A DNA stretch of 60,860 bases, counting the filler, from Dimargaris cristalligena (taxonomy: Eukaryota): the NCBI GenBank assembly GCA_003614675.1. It is 11 parts of 11 records of this genome, joined end to end, with 100 filler letters (N's around TTAATTAATTAA, not from the genome) between each part and the next. Parts side by side here need not be neighbours in the genome. Positions count along the whole stretch, not along the records: positions 11,162 to 16,628 come from ML003628.1; positions 16,729 to 22,194 come from ML003629.1; positions 22,295 to 27,756 come from ML003630.1; 8 more parts are not named here. One strand, 5' to 3'. The notes beneath the pieces were generated by a model that did no database searches, was not told where the DNA came from, and saw only the letters and a program-made list of their open reading frames with translations. The position numbers and the translations under genes are program-made. Shown one piece after another: positions 11,771 through 24,830 of this stretch. Position 1 is the first letter of the stretch. Each line of letters starts with the position of its first letter.

Positions 11771-13269
11771 TGTTTATTTAGGGACTACATACTGTATAAC
11801 TGCTTGATAAACTAGGCAAAAATACGGTTTAATACCATGCATTAAGGGGTATCGTATGTCAAGGGGGGAGACACACGACTGGCATGCCGGATATTCTTCT
11901 GGTCTATAATTGTTAGGCTTGAACCCATTCCACTACTATTCGTACATCTCCCACACGGCCAGCCCCTTATTTTGGTTATTTAGACCCATGGTCCCATGTG
12001 TCTGTCTGAGTATGCCAAGTACGTCCCCTAAAGCCAATGACGATGCATGCTAAATGTGCCTATTGTCTTGGATAAATGGGGACCTAACGGAAGAATCTCC
12101 TTAATGGTAATGGAAAGGAACACCTATTAATATCCCCAGCGGTGTTACACATTAGTATAGAGATAAAACCATGTTATACGGAGGAGCCAGAATAGACTAA
12201 TAGGAATTCGTGATGATAAAGGGGGGATGCGCGGTAGTATACTAGTCGCCGTCGAATGGCATTGCTTTTAAAAAATACCCAGTAACTCTGCCATAGGGGG
12301 TTCACCTGTGAATCATTTGCACTTTGGTGCCTTTGGCAATCCGATATTGGGAAATCGGATACATTTGCTAAATTTGAAAAGGCCGCTTCGTATATTGGAC
12401 ACCTACAATTTGCCGAGTACCAGTAAACCACTTCGATTATCCTCCCCATCCCGTAAACGAGAGGAGGGGGTCTATTGTCACGATTTACTCTAGCATGCTA
12501 ATAAGAACAAGTATAGTCATCCGCTTACTATAAAATTACGCCGCCCCCAATTGCAGAGGGCCAAGGTTGACCAGGCGTACCTCCCAGCCGCTCCATAGAA
12601 ATCGATCTAATCAGCTGATAATAATTGGCAATCTTTTGGCCTAGGTGGGGAGTTCCACTAGTTAAGTTTATTGTTCTTAAACCCTATTGTGCTTGGGATA
12701 GCCAAGAAATATCTATCCATCACGCAACATAGTGACAATGTCAAGGGCAATTTGGCTATATGGAGGACATTGGGACTCATAGCTAGAATGTGTGTTATTG
12801 TTAACTGTTTATCACAACTAGGAACCCATCATATTACAATTACGCCCAATGACCTAACAATATAGTAGCGCGGATGTTTAGTAATACGCCCAACCGACGG
12901 CACCAATTATGGAGCTCTACATTAATTCAGTGTAGTGAGTAAAAAGCCCAAACGCCCTTTTCAGCTATAACCTAACCTAAGAAGGATTCGGTATAATTTA
13001 GCCAGTCTTATAGGAAAAGGGTTCAGCCACACGCCTTGCTAAATAAACAGAGCTTAGCGAGTCTGCCACAGCGGTAAAATATTCACCTCATTTAGGGCGA
13101 TTATGAATGTACCTTTTTATTGACCCTATTTTTTCCCGAACCACACTACACCACTCTACTTTATCATTTTGACGTTTTAATTATACTCTCTTTTGAACTA
13201 TTCGCGCCACTCAGCCCTCTATATTTATACATTTCTATAGAGACAAGCCCATTTCTCACTTTCACCGCC

Positions 13270-14751
13270 ATGCCCGATTTCCGAAAGCCTAACGATGAGA
13301 CCGACCAGTCGGGGCATTCTTCGCCCATTCACCGCTTATTTTCTTTATTTAATCTTTCAGGACTTCTCCCGAGAGACAAGGGGCCCCCGCAAACTTCGGG
13401 CCCTCACTACCCGACGACACCCCGATTGCCCAGCACCAGCGACTCGCCGCCTGCCCATTCCGACTGGGGTACTACCCAGGCGGGGACAGGCGCGGGTATG
13501 AGCGACCTCGACCCGTTCGTGACCGCCTTCCTGCCTCCCGAAGTCCAGCACATATGGTACCAGCTTCAAGAGGGCACGCTCCCTCGACTCATTGAGTCTC
13601 CGTTTGGTCCTTTCGGTGGGTTTGGCGACTGGGAGTCTGAGGCATCCAACCGTTCGGATGGCAGCCACCCCCCCTTGCAAGGACACCCGCCCAGTATCTC
13701 AGTTCCCCATAATCCCATGGCTGGTGGATCTAAGGCCCTGCGGGACATCATTTTGCGGCCCCAGAATAGCCAGACCTCCCCACCGAGTGACCAAGACCCT
13801 AATCAATCCGCCTTGTCCAGCATGACCCGGACAGCCGAAGGGGAACCAGGCCCATCCACTCTCATCTGGGATACGGTCCTTCCCAGTCTGTTCCATCAAA
13901 TTTTGGATCCTGCCTTCTCATCGTCTATAGATGGACCCCAGCCAGGTCAAAGCCATGGCCAATCCCGTGGTGGCGATAATGACCCAGGCTCCCATTTCTC
14001 TTTAATCACTCAACGTACGTCAACTATTCAGAACCCTGATGGTAGCATTGAAACGACAGTGACTACGTCTGACCCCCACAATGGCGGTAATTCAACCACC
14101 ACCACCCGGACTGATGCCTCCGGCAATATTATCGACGAATGGACCTCGCCCTCGGCGGGCTCAACCCCCTCTAGCTATTCTAAGTCTGCGGTACCTAGAT
14201 CGGCCATCTTAAAAAATATATACCGTACCCGTGGGGACGAGCAGCCAACCGATATGTCTACCGGCGGCCATCCCGCGGCATTAGAAAGCCCACCGTCAGG
14301 ATATGACGTTGTCAGGCAGACCCCTATCACTACCCTTATTAGCCAACTTCTCTTTGGCAATGATGCCCCCACTGACCCATTTGGGCGGTTTAAGTCCATC
14401 CCCCCCAATACTCCATCGCATCCACCTCCCGGACCGGCATTGGTAAATGGGCCGTCCAGTTCCGCAAATGATGAATCCGCTAAGGATCCAGGGGCCCCCA
14501 GGCACACGGCTAGCACCCGTACGACGCCTTCCACATCCGAGGGCCCAATTTTCAGCTACATGGCCGTCCAATCCATAACCCACCCGGACGGTTCGGTAGA
14601 ATATAAGCGGACAATTCGAAACCCCGATGGGACGGAAGAAGTCTTCACCAGCCAGTCGGCGGCGGATTCTTCGACTGGACACTCCGAACCATACTCCCTC
14701 ACTCGGAAAGATCATGGTGGCATTTTGGCCCGTTTATTCGGTCGCTGGTAG
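13270..14751 (+). CDS. Low-complexity protein resembling HAX1, 493 aa
   Basis: ATG in good context (ACCGCCATG), single exon. Motifs LRDIILRP, SITHPDGSVEYKRTIRNPDGTEE and terminal LFGRW. The CDS is solid; the family call is tentative. Confidence 0.7.
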   Translation: MPDFRKPNDETDQSGHSSPIHRLFSLFNLSGLLPRDKGPPQTSGPHYPTTPRLPSTSDSPPAHSDWGTTQAGTGAGMSDLDPFVTAFLPPEVQHIWYQLQEGTLPRLIESPFGPFGGFGDWESEASNRSDGSHPPLQGHPPSISVPHNPMAGGSKALRDIILRPQNSQTSPPSDQDPNQSALSSMTRTAEGEPGPSTLIWDTVLPSLFHQILDPAFSSSIDGPQPGQSHGQSRGGDNDPGSHFSLITQRTSTIQNPDGSIETTVTTSDPHNGGNSTTTTRTDASGNIIDEWTSPSAGSTPSSYSKSAVPRSAILKNIYRTRGDEQPTDMSTGGHPAALESPPSGYDVVRQTPITTLISQLLFGNDAPTDPFGRFKSIPPNTPSHPPPGPALVNGPSSSANDESAKDPGAPRHTASTRTTPSTSEGPIFSYMAVQSITHPDGSVEYKRTIRNPDGTEEVFTSQSAADSSTGHSEPYSLTRKDHGGILARLFGRW

Positions 14752-15339
14752 TAATGTTAATTCGCCCTCGTTTGTGTTTATTCCTAAATGTGTTCAATGG
14801 TCAACAGTTGCACCTCATACTTAAACATCCATGTCAAACACAGTATCATTTCTCGAATTATAAGGCCCGATTATGAGGTCAAGCTATCCAACGGATCTCT
14901 ATTAGATATATCCGAATCGGTATTTTGAGTATTACATAAAATGACGAATGTTCACTTCATTTAGCTATATTTCCGCATATGGGAAAGGTGTTATCTCGTG
15001 GAATGACGGAAGCTCTGTTTGGTGGGGCATGGATATTGCTGAATAATTTGGACGAAATTTGGCCCAGCTGTATATAGTTTTTATTAATATGTTTATGGGA
15101 AAATAGGCAGGATACTCATTTCTAACTGGTTATATTAGTTGGAAATTCATTTCCCCCGTCCCACTGATTCCATCTCTCTGATTGGTTCGTCCTAATTATC
15201 ATTACTACTATTTCTAACTCAATAAAACCAACTGCGGGCATCTGGCTTTGACCCTTGCGGTTCTTTCTCTCTTCTTTAAATCATTTTAGTTGTATCTAAA
15301 GGGACTTGTGTTTACCATTAAATTTATCATCCCAATACT

Positions 15340-16558
15340 TATGCTAATATTTTACCACTATGTGATAGGTGGCTTGGTAGTTGTAATGTAACTGAAGAAT
15401 GGCTATTTTAAAAGAGTTACCTAAATAAATTCCTTGAATAATCAGTAGTAAAGTTATTGGCCTATTAATTGAATAATAGGGGCTTGGCATAGATATAGCA
15501 GCTTATAATTACCATGCTAGCTTACAGTCCAGGGGATAGAGAAATGCATGTCACTCTGCTGGCCATGTTATTATATTGTGAATAGTGGTTTGGCTTATAT
15601 AATAGTGAGTGTAGTTTAATGACTAAATAGGAATGTCAGTGCCTATTAGTTGGCATCAAAAACAACTGCATCCACCACATCTCAGTACCAGGTATTCCTA
15701 TTTGGCTACTTAAATATAAATATATTTTTACCTCAAGTGCTTCCTCTTTGATATCCCTCTGACTAGACTAAGTCAATCTCATATCTTTTACACTTTGTAT
15801 TGTATAGTTTAAGTCTAGTCAGGGGATACTTTATTTTGACTTATTTATAGTTACTCTTCATTAATCATATTTTTTAAATACACCAGGGGCTGTTCAACTA
15901 TGACTATAAATATTCCCAACTTACTCAAGTATTATTTCAGGACTTTGGATTTTGGTGAAGGGCATAGACTTATTATGCCAGAATTTATAAATCACTAGCT
16001 ATATTCTATAATATAAGTTTAAAACAATAAACTCCCTTACTATAAGGACTACCATACCCTTCTCTCCACTTTGAGTGTGAAATATATTGACTAGTTTAAT
16101 GATTTTTCAGAGGCACCTGGAGGTAAATGGGAAGTTGGTTCCTGTCGCCCGAGTAAACCACTCTTAGTCCATCAAGAGCCTCAGGGGTAGGCTTCTAACA
16201 GTAAGCAGGGCATTGGACATGGCCAAGCGGGCTACTAGCATTAGGTACGATGGCTGATACTAACTAAATAAAGTAAGTGTACTACATAGGTAGGGGACAT
16301 GCACCAATGCACACTTACTGGTCAGTATCAGGGGGTGAGTGTATATAGAGTTTATTGGGTAAACTATGGGGGGTCAGAATAAGCTGAGCTGCTAACCGGT
16401 CCCAAGAGGGGCCCAGTTATATATACGCCAGGGACTACTTAAGAGGATAACAATAAGGAGGACTGGCTGGTCCTCGGATGAGCGGGACTTCCATGGGAAT
16501 TGGAAGGCACTAGGATCACCTAGGAGTGATTAGTGAGAACCTGGGGAGGTCCAGCCGG
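15340..16558. mobile_element. Decayed CpG-poor repeat relic
   Basis: AT-rich, CpG-depleted, no ORFs, abuts an LTR fragment. Confidence 0.4.
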
Positions 16559-16628
16559 TGTAAAGAACTGAAATCAAATCCTTGAAAACTGAACTTTATT
16601 TGAAAAGATAGATAATAAAAGGGAAAGG
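16559..16628 (-). repeat. Dispersed repeat family 2, LTR-like end (AATAAA...TTCTTTACA)
   Basis: Matches 16729-16789, 38964-39080 and 44285-44401. All copies end at ...TTTACA, with three different flanks. Confidence 0.85.
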
Positions 16629-16728
16629 NNNNNNNNNNNNNNNNNNNNNNNNNNNNNNNNNNNNNNNNNNNNTTAATTAATTAANNNNNNNNNNNNNNNN
16701 NNNNNNNNNNNNNNNNNNNNNNNNNNNN

Positions 16729-16789
16729 TTTATTATCTATCTTTTCAAATAAAGTTCAGTTTTCAAGGATTTGATTTCAGTTCTTTACA
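16729..16789 (+). repeat. Repeat family 2 copy
   Basis: Reverse complement of 16559-16619. Confidence 0.85.
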
Positions 16790-17500
16790 CCCCCCATGCA
16801 GACAATTTTTCCCTCTGGAGTGAAGTTCTGGATTCACACCTGTCCGGCCCTGGTTGGGGTTTGGGCCTATGTGGATGCCTCCAAACATACACAAATGGCT
16901 GATCTGGGTCCACTGTGCTATGCTGGATGGTTGGTCCATTGGGCTGCTACTCGAAAGCATCTGTTGTCACTATTCAGGTAAGTTGCTACCTTATACTGTA
17001 ACATACTGCATATCCTTTGGTTGTATTTTTGGGCTCAATCATGGCAAGATTGTGCCATTTGGCGCCCATTATTTCTCAAGGTTTGAGGAGCCAAGTCTAT
17101 TTGTGTGAGCACATCACTACCCTACCTTCCGCAATATACAGCCAAGTGATACTGGGATTAGTAGATCAGTCGAGCAATCTGTCCACATCCCTGACCTTAT
17201 CAATAGACTGGTTGGTGGCTACAGGGTTGTCCTTTTGACCCTTCTGTGAGTAGTATTAGTGACAGTATTACACTACCATACAGGGTCTGCTGACCCAATG
17301 TTTGGTGTGGTGGTCTCGGGTCACTATGTTTGCTTGCTGAGTGTGGAGAATATTGTCAGAGGTGACATTGCTATGATTTTCTGTTGTATGGCACTGAGTA
17401 GTAACTTATTAGTGCCAGATACTCTACAGGTAGTATATGGGGTGAGCTCTCAGGTTCATGGTTTTCACCACTATCAGTCTACAGACTATCATTGTGGGAG

Positions 17501-17576
17501 CAGGGGCATACTTCCGATAAGTGCGAAAAATAGATAAAAAATAAAAGTAGGTAAAAAATGTGGTAAGTTCACCACA
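17501..17576 (-). repeat. Repeat family 1 copy
   Basis: Identical to 5590-5665. Confidence 0.85.
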
Positions 17577-18899
17577 GGGGGTATTGGTATGGCTATCCTT
17601 CCAGCTTCTAATTGTCCAGTGTGAACCAACATCCTTTGATATGATCTGTAGGGGTTTCCCGGCATTACATCAACTAGCAGTTAAGGAGTGAGTGCATAGA
17701 ATGGAGTGACTATGGTCAGTTTGTTCCCAGGTTCAATGGAAGTGGCCAGCATAAAGACAACCACAAATAGTGAACCTAGTTGGATTATATAAGTAGTCAG
17801 GTCCTGGAGGATAGCAAACAGAAGATCTTCCTGAGCTGGTTAACAGGGGCAAATATACCCTTAATATTGGCCGAATTTAAACCTGACAGGGTAGGTTGTC
17901 CTGAACCCACTAGGAAAAATTGGAGTCAGTTAGTCTGGCTAAAGGGTGGCTACTGGTTACAATGGATGGTGTGGGAATGGACTTACATTCAAGAATGAGC
18001 TCATTAAGAGAATGCCAGCACTGATCAACTAGCCATTGGATAGTATTCATATAGTGTAGTTTGTTGGGGTATATTACACTGAGCACAAGGCCCCCGTCGG
18101 CACCATAGTTGCAGGCCACACTAAGTGCTCGATTGAAGAGCTTACCCTTGTTCCAGGGATGGGCCCACCCCATTTCAACCCAGTGGGGGTACCAAAGCGC
18201 ATACTGGGCCTCTGACTATTCAAACTGTCCAGAGTAGCTGATGGTGACGTGGTTCTGGTCATTCAAAAAATTCACCAATGCTTCCGGAGAAGCCCGGTCA
18301 ATTGAGGGCAACCATGGAGGTGGAGGGCCACTGAGGTAGCACTGAAGATTACAGGGAAAACCATAGGCAGGGATTGAGCACATGCACTGATTAGCAAGGG
18401 CCAGGGCATAAAGGGTGTTGTAATTTGCCAAGTAGGCTGATGTCTGAATTCAGGTCAAACAAGGCTGGACAGGTGGAAGTAATCTGACCTACTGTATGAC
18501 TGCTGTCAATAGCACGGCCCCAGGTGCAACAACCAGGCACTTTTCTTTCGAACGGAAACACAGAAATGAAAGTCACTTGTAGAGAGAGTAAAAGTGGAAC
18601 TATTAGGAATCCTTGAGGTGAGGTCCCCATAACAGGGGCTACCACAATATACTTGAAGTGGCAGGCAGAGTGGGGCAAACTAATTCTTACTGAGTTTGAA
18701 ATGTATGGTAGGTCATGAGGGGATATATACAAGTTGGTCACTCGTTGATGAGAGTGCATAGTTTAAGGGAATGGGATCAGCCAGCGTGGGTGACTCTGGC
18801 CAGAAGGAGTCAAATGGAGCCTGTGCAAAGAAGAGATTGGCCGTGTAAACATATTACTCACTCTCCAGGGTCAACAAACCATATGACACTATAGACTCA

Positions 18900-21480
18900 C
18901 GTTAAATAGATATAGTATGCTGCTATTAGCTATAGGCGAGTTCAAGTTGAATTCCAAGGACGTCCTGGTGGGCCATCAGAGTAAACAGGGCTTGGGTCGG
19001 AGCGGTACGGGTCAAAGTTTGGCAGTACTTGAGGAATATGGACTGGCAGGAATGGTTGATGAAATAATACTCCTACAAGGCAATGCGCTACGCAGTAGTA
19101 AACAGAATTGTTCCAGCAAGAACTAGGTACCGAATAGATGCTTGTATTTTCCTATTCGGTCAAATAGGCATAGTGGCACATGGCCAAAAGCCGGGTATGC
19201 TTGAGAAAACCAGCTTTCAAAGGCTGAAGGCCCAATCGTTTACAACAGTTAGAAAACTGGATGGCTGAAACAGAGTCAGCACCTAGTCGAAGATACAAGG
19301 CAAATAGTGGGTCATTCTGAGCGTCAATCTTGAGGGTGTTGGCCAAAGTCTCTTGCACAAGTAGTAATATTGGATATAAGGAGACAATAGCACTGGTTTT
19401 GTCAATGGCACCCATTAGTTGAGGCCGAAACCTGAAATGCCTTGTGATCGGCCTTACCCATAGCAGTTGTTGGGATACAATTCATTGCAACAGTACAATT
19501 AGGTGCCAAGTAATGGGTGAGTTTAGGGTAGAGCTGCCTTTTAAGTGCCACTGTATCAAATAATTTGGGGTATGTATAGAGAACGAGTTGTTGGAGGGAT
19601 ACATAGGCTACAGTATGATTAGCCCTCTATCACCGATCCGACGATGATTTCAAATTCTCCTAGCTCAACACAATAACAGAACCGTTTCACCTGGAAGTCT
19701 TTTTTTGAAATGATGTAGACCTTGCCATTGGGAAGCCAGCTCACAAGACTACCAGTCCGGTGCAGGTAATCCTGGGTAAATACATTAGGAATAACCATTT
19801 TGGCAGTGAGGCCAGAATGTTTCTGATAGCCAGTGCCGACTCCAATACCGCCGATACAGAACTCACTGGGGACACCCATGGGAATGGACTGAAGCCGATG
19901 GTTGAGAATATAGCCTTGTATATTGGTATTTGGGTGGCCAGTGGACACATGGCCATCCATTCGAGCTTGGTCAAAATGGCACCCAGCCATGGCTTGAGCT
20001 GGTCCTTAGTAACATAATCAGGCAACATGTGTACACTATTGATATGTAACGTGTGTGGTAAGGGCCCCATCAGTGGCAATCATTTTGGTGATATTCGGAT
20101 ACCTGGATGGATCAACACTAGTCATAAGGAAAGGTATGTGAATGCTACTGTTTGCCCTAGTAACGGTATCCTCGGAATTTCCGTCCATCAGTAACCATGT
20201 GCCACCTGAGTGATAGGTACAGAATAGCTCCATGAGACATTCATCAAAGGAAAAATTCGGAAGCCGTAGGAATCGACATTCAGGACCGAGATGGATGGTC
20301 TCACAGCCTGTTGGCGTAAAAATGACTAGTGACGCGTGCCGCACAGAAATACCCTTGGACCGAGCAGCGATGCCCTAGGCCAATACAATATAGGCCAAAT
20401 CCTGAGGAGCGCTGATGGTATCGGATTGGAACACAGCAGTGGCCATTCCATAGGGACTGATGGTTTCAACGAGGCAGGACTGGGGTTTTGGCTCACACAT
20501 ATATACATTAAATAGGCCAAAATGGTTGGTGATGGTGAGCAGCAGGGGCTCTTCTAATAAGCCATACGTATAAAGGAGGCGACCATTAGCGTTGGACACA
20601 CTTATCAGTATGTACACTTCACCAACTATCAAAGGAATAAATGTATGGTAATAAAATTGTCTGATTTAGGGAAGAAAAGGGCGACATGAGCACCTGGTTT
20701 GAATCCATGTTGATTGTAGGGCCAGGTTGATACAGCATGATTGATAGTAAACTCCAGCATAAGTGAGTCGCAGATCCGTAGTCCTGAGGCAATATAATTA
20801 GGTTTGGCAAGGGCGTGCTGAGTGACCAGCTGATAAGTCAGGCATTGCTGTTGGGGAGTCTCATGTATAGGCCCTCGAGTCCAGACGTATATGAGCCAGG
20901 CCTCCAGTGGTAAAAACCATAAATTCGCGTATAGTATAGGTTGGCTCTGCCATCGTCACTGACAGATGGTGGCCCAAGAAGTGCATTAGGCAGTGAGCAT
21001 GGGCGTTATGATAGTGGGTTATTTTAAAGAGATGCTGGTAATTCAAACCTTTACCATTATCAGTACAGCTAACAGTATAGGCATACTCGGTGAAGGTATG
21101 TCTGTCGTGGAGTTCAAGGGCGATTTCAGGAGTATTAATATCAAGCTTGGATACTGGTGTATTTTTGTATACAACAAGGGAGTCGGGGACCTTGTCTTCA
21201 TGGTCCACTTGATCCTACCTGCAGATATCCAGAGGGCTGCACTGCTTAGACGTCATCAGCTCCCTCGCTGACAATGTTGACTTTGGATGCAGCCCACGGC
21301 TGGCGAATCAAATTCAAAGGATGCCGGGGAAACGGCAAAGTGTTGATGCACATACCCACCTTGCTAACCAATACCAGTCTCGGAGATATTGCGATTGGAC
21401 AATAAAACAGCCAAAGTAACCTCAGACTTGCCGAGGTGGTGGAACACAGAAAGGGAGTAAACACCGCACAGCAAGGAGTT
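18900..21480 (-). pseudogene. Decayed NRPS module: condensation, adenylation, thiolation and start of an epimerisation/condensation domain
   Basis: Fragments in several frames: VGMCINTLP (C); DLAYIV...KG, NFSFD, EFCIGGIGVGTGY, HRTG, DFQVK...VELGEFE, GKADHKA (A); LGADSVSAIQF (T); CQSIFLK...LMAHQDVL (E/C start). Many stops and frameshifts. Boundaries approximate. Confidence 0.88.
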
Positions 21481-22122
21481 GAGGGTAATCTACTGCTACT
21501 AAAAATATGAACTTAGAGTCGAGAGGGAAATGTAAAAATAGAATATGTGGGTTCCATATTCGCAGAGAACATGTCAGTTTTGATGTATCAGGAACTGGGC
21601 CATGAGCGTGGGCTTAGCCCCGTTGAGGTGGCAGGGCCAGAACTGCTGAAACTGTGGCTAACTGTTTGATTTCAGGTTTTGCGTGTACCCAGTTAATTGG
21701 GACTCAAGAACAGAGGCTGGACCACGGTATAGGTCGACGAGTTTGGCTATGGTAATGTGGTGAAACCAGACATCAAGCGAGGCATAGTGGAAGCTAAGGT
21801 AGCCCTGGAGTTGGTTAGCAATGGTGGAGGGCAGGTCATGGAGCTTAGTCCACGATAATGGCACATTGGGTGTAAACCCATGCTGTTGATCCACCAAAAA
21901 ATACAACTTCTCGATTTATGACAGGTCATTATGGGATTTCTCAGCACTGGCCGACCATTCGACACTACAGCTACTGCGAACAACCCGCAGAAAGGTATGG
22001 CTAAGTATAATGCGAGGTTGTATAAATTGGTTCCCTGAATATCGGGCTGCTGGGCTACCTGACCACATTTTCTAGACACGGTAAACATCAAGTGGTACCT
22101 AAATAACGAATTGTTCCTGAAT

Positions 22123-22194
22123 CATATGGGAGAAGTTCCTTCAGGCTGTATAATGAAAAATCCATTGGATGAGGCCAATATTACTGGTTAAAAG
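22123..22194 (-). repeat. MITE-like family copy, cut by the contig end
   Basis: Near-identical reverse complement of 11698-11769. Confidence 0.85.
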
Positions 22195-23061
22195 NNNNNN
22201 NNNNNNNNNNNNNNNNNNNNNNNNNNNNNNNNNNNNNNTTAATTAATTAANNNNNNNNNNNNNNNNNNNNNNNNNNNNNNNNNNNNNNNNNNNNCCAGCA
22301 TTCCCTTTATTTTTTTTTCTTAATTCCGCATTATTAATGAACACAAGACCTGTCCCATCTGGAAGTCCTGCCACCCCAAGCCATATATATTTACTTGGAT
22401 CGAACATCACCCATATTCTATTTATACATAACCTCTAAATACTAATAAAAACTAGTTATTTTTTTACTGATGATATTATAAATCTATTTCTATTTCTTTG
22501 CACTTTACAACACATACAATACGTGTGGTCCATCTGCGCTTCTTAGGCGGTAGGTACTATTGAAGGGTTAGCCAACGTTACGTTTGCCAGGATGGCAGCT
22601 GCGCCTGTGAGGTTAAATCCACATTAGCTGTTTCCTTTGGTGGTTCTGGCCCAGCCGAAAGTGTACTGCAGAGAAATCACCAAAGATTCTGCTCGAGTGT
22701 TATTACGTCCATTTATTATTAGGTGGGTGCGAATGTGGTAAATGGACGGCGCCCTTAGTATACAGGTTTTTAGGGTTGAAACAAACGCGACGGACTAAAC
22801 AATGTAGGTGTTTAAATTGGAATGAATGAATGAAAAATTGGAATGGGTTCCGATAGTGGAGAGTACGAATAATCGAGTAAATATATATAAATAGTTTGTA
22901 TAGAATATCTTTTTAAAAAAATAAAAGCGGGAATCGGAATAGACAAGAAGCTTGATAAATGCTAAATGCCATCTAGTCATATTGGGCTAATGATTGGCCC
23001 ATTTGGGAGCCAGTCAGCCGAGAAGAAAACCCGGTTTTTATATACCGTCAACCAGATCGGT

Positions 23062-24123
23062 TTATTTGGGGCCCCGGATCGAATCGAGAAGCTTCTTGGC
23101 CCCCTTGGCCTTCATGATAGCGGCGACTTCCAAACCCAGGTTGGCCGCAGCGGCGGGATCCTGGGTCGTGCCGATGGTGGCAATTATTTCCGCCTCGACG
23201 ACCTGCGAGCCGTCTAACGAGGCCACGAGGGCGTGGAGCCGCAGGGTGCGGGTGGGACCGGAACCCACCAATTCGGTGTAGACTCCGAGAGGCACACTAC
23301 AGCCCCCCTCGAGTTCCCGCATCAGCGTCCGTTCCGCGGTACACCGCAGCAGCGTATCGGAGTGAATGAGCGGCCGCACCAAGTCCAGGGTGCGTTGGTC
23401 GTTGGACCGACACTCAATCGCCAGGGCCCCTTGGCCAACGGCGTGCAACATGGTTTCCTCGGGTAAAATCTGGGATATACGGTGGGGCCAGTCCAGGCGC
23501 CGCAGACCCGCCACCGCTAAAATCAGGGCGGCATAAGGACCGGCGGGGTCGTCGAGTTTCTGCAGGCGCGTGTTGAGGTTACCCCGCACGTCTTGGAAGA
23601 CCAAGTGAGGGAACCGCCGGCTGAGTTGGGCGATACGCCGAACGCTGCTGGTGCCCACCACACTGCCGCGGGGTAACGTTTCCAGCGTGCGGCCGGTATA
23701 GTCCGGGTGGTCCTTGAGCACCACGGCGTCCCGGGGATCCTCGCGTTCCAACATGGCTCCGATTTCCATACCCGGGGGGAGGGTGGTGGGCAAGTCCTTG
23801 AGGGAATGCACCACCAGATCCACCTCGCCGGCCTCCAGAGCCACCTCGAGTTCTTTGGTGAAGAGGGCCTTTTCGCCGATTTTGGATAGGGCCACGTCCA
23901 GGACCTTGTCGCCTTGGGTGCTCATGGTCACCAGGGGGAACGTGGTGTGGGGATTCCGGGTTTGGAGACAATCGCGGACATGGTAGGTTTGGACAAGGGC
24001 AAGAGCGGACTTGCGCGACCCAATGGGGATCTGGAGGGGCGGGGATTTGGGACCCGGTTGGGAGGAGGGGGTGGCGGCGGTTGCCGGGCGATGGGGTTTG
24101 GCGGCCTGCTTGCGGATCGTCAT
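23062..24123 (-). CDS. HEM3: Porphobilinogen deaminase (hydroxymethylbilane synthase)
   Basis: GSRKSALALVQ, LFTKELE, VHSLKDLPT, VGTSSVRR, RGNLNTRL, AVGQGAL and LEGGCSVP (cofactor Cys). Confidence 0.98.
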   Translation of the reverse strand: MTIRKQAAKPHRPATAATPSSQPGPKSPPLQIPIGSRKSALALVQTYHVRDCLQTRNPHTTFPLVTMSTQGDKVLDVALSKIGEKALFTKELEVALEAGEVDLVVHSLKDLPTTLPPGMEIGAMLEREDPRDAVVLKDHPDYTGRTLETLPRGSVVGTSSVRRIAQLSRRFPHLVFQDVRGNLNTRLQKLDDPAGPYAALILAVAGLRRLDWPHRISQILPEETMLHAVGQGALAIECRSNDQRTLDLVRPLIHSDTLLRCTAERTLMRELEGGCSVPLGVYTELVGSGPTRTLRLHALVASLDGSQVVEAEIIATIGTTQDPAAAANLGLEVAAIMKAKGAKKLLDSIRGPK

Positions 24124-24830
24124 GGTCGTTAAATGAATGGGTGTGTTGTGTGTGTGTGTGTGTGTAGGGGGGGCGGGTAGCTAGGGAAGGAGTAGGAGGA
24201 GATTGAGGGTAAAGGGAGGGGGGCACTTTTAGGAATAATACAGAAGCGTTAGGTGTGGGTTTTATTTACTAGACACAACCTGCCTACTGTGTGTGGCACT
24301 CCATGGATACAGAGAGCCTAACGGTGTCAGCGCGGAGCTCTGTGTATTTTGGGGCTTCCGGTTCCCCTCCTTAAAAAATAATAAGGCAGAGAAGGGGGAT
24401 TTAAAATACATAATATAGTCCCCATTTCGACGGTGAAACCCCCCACTGCCCCAACCCCTGACTGCCGAAAAAAGACCGTGAAAAAAACAAGGATTTGCCC
24501 AAAAGGGGAGAGCTGCCACGTTGGGTAGCATCATCTAGGAAAGGCCTCGGCTTATTGAGCAATTGCAGTGTGGACTTGAAGTAGTAAGTGTACCAAACAA
24601 AGGCTTACATATGCTTATGTGTAAGGGAGAGGAAGAGTAGTAAATCTGTACCTCGATAACCATCCCCTTTGCCCTCGTTTTCCCTCGCCCAGCCTCAGCT
24701 GTTTTTCGGGGTGGAATGTACCGGGGACTTGGAGTCAGTGACCGCATTGGCTAAATGAGCTTCCTTTTGTCATGCTTTTCTCTAATCATACCCATTGAGT
24801 CCGCTGGTTAACTTATCCCCTTATTCCCGC

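Noticed and set aside
16559..16789. Apparent palindrome across the linker
   Set aside because: Two separate contigs that each end in the same repeat family; the adjacency is artificial.
16790..18800. Short ORF fragments in CpG-poor DNA
   Set aside because: Probably a decayed transposon, but no diagnostic motif could be assigned.
21560..22090. Broken minus-strand coding-like fragments (also 52790-54900)
   Set aside because: May be pseudogenes of orphan secreted families, but the similarity is too weak to support by eye.
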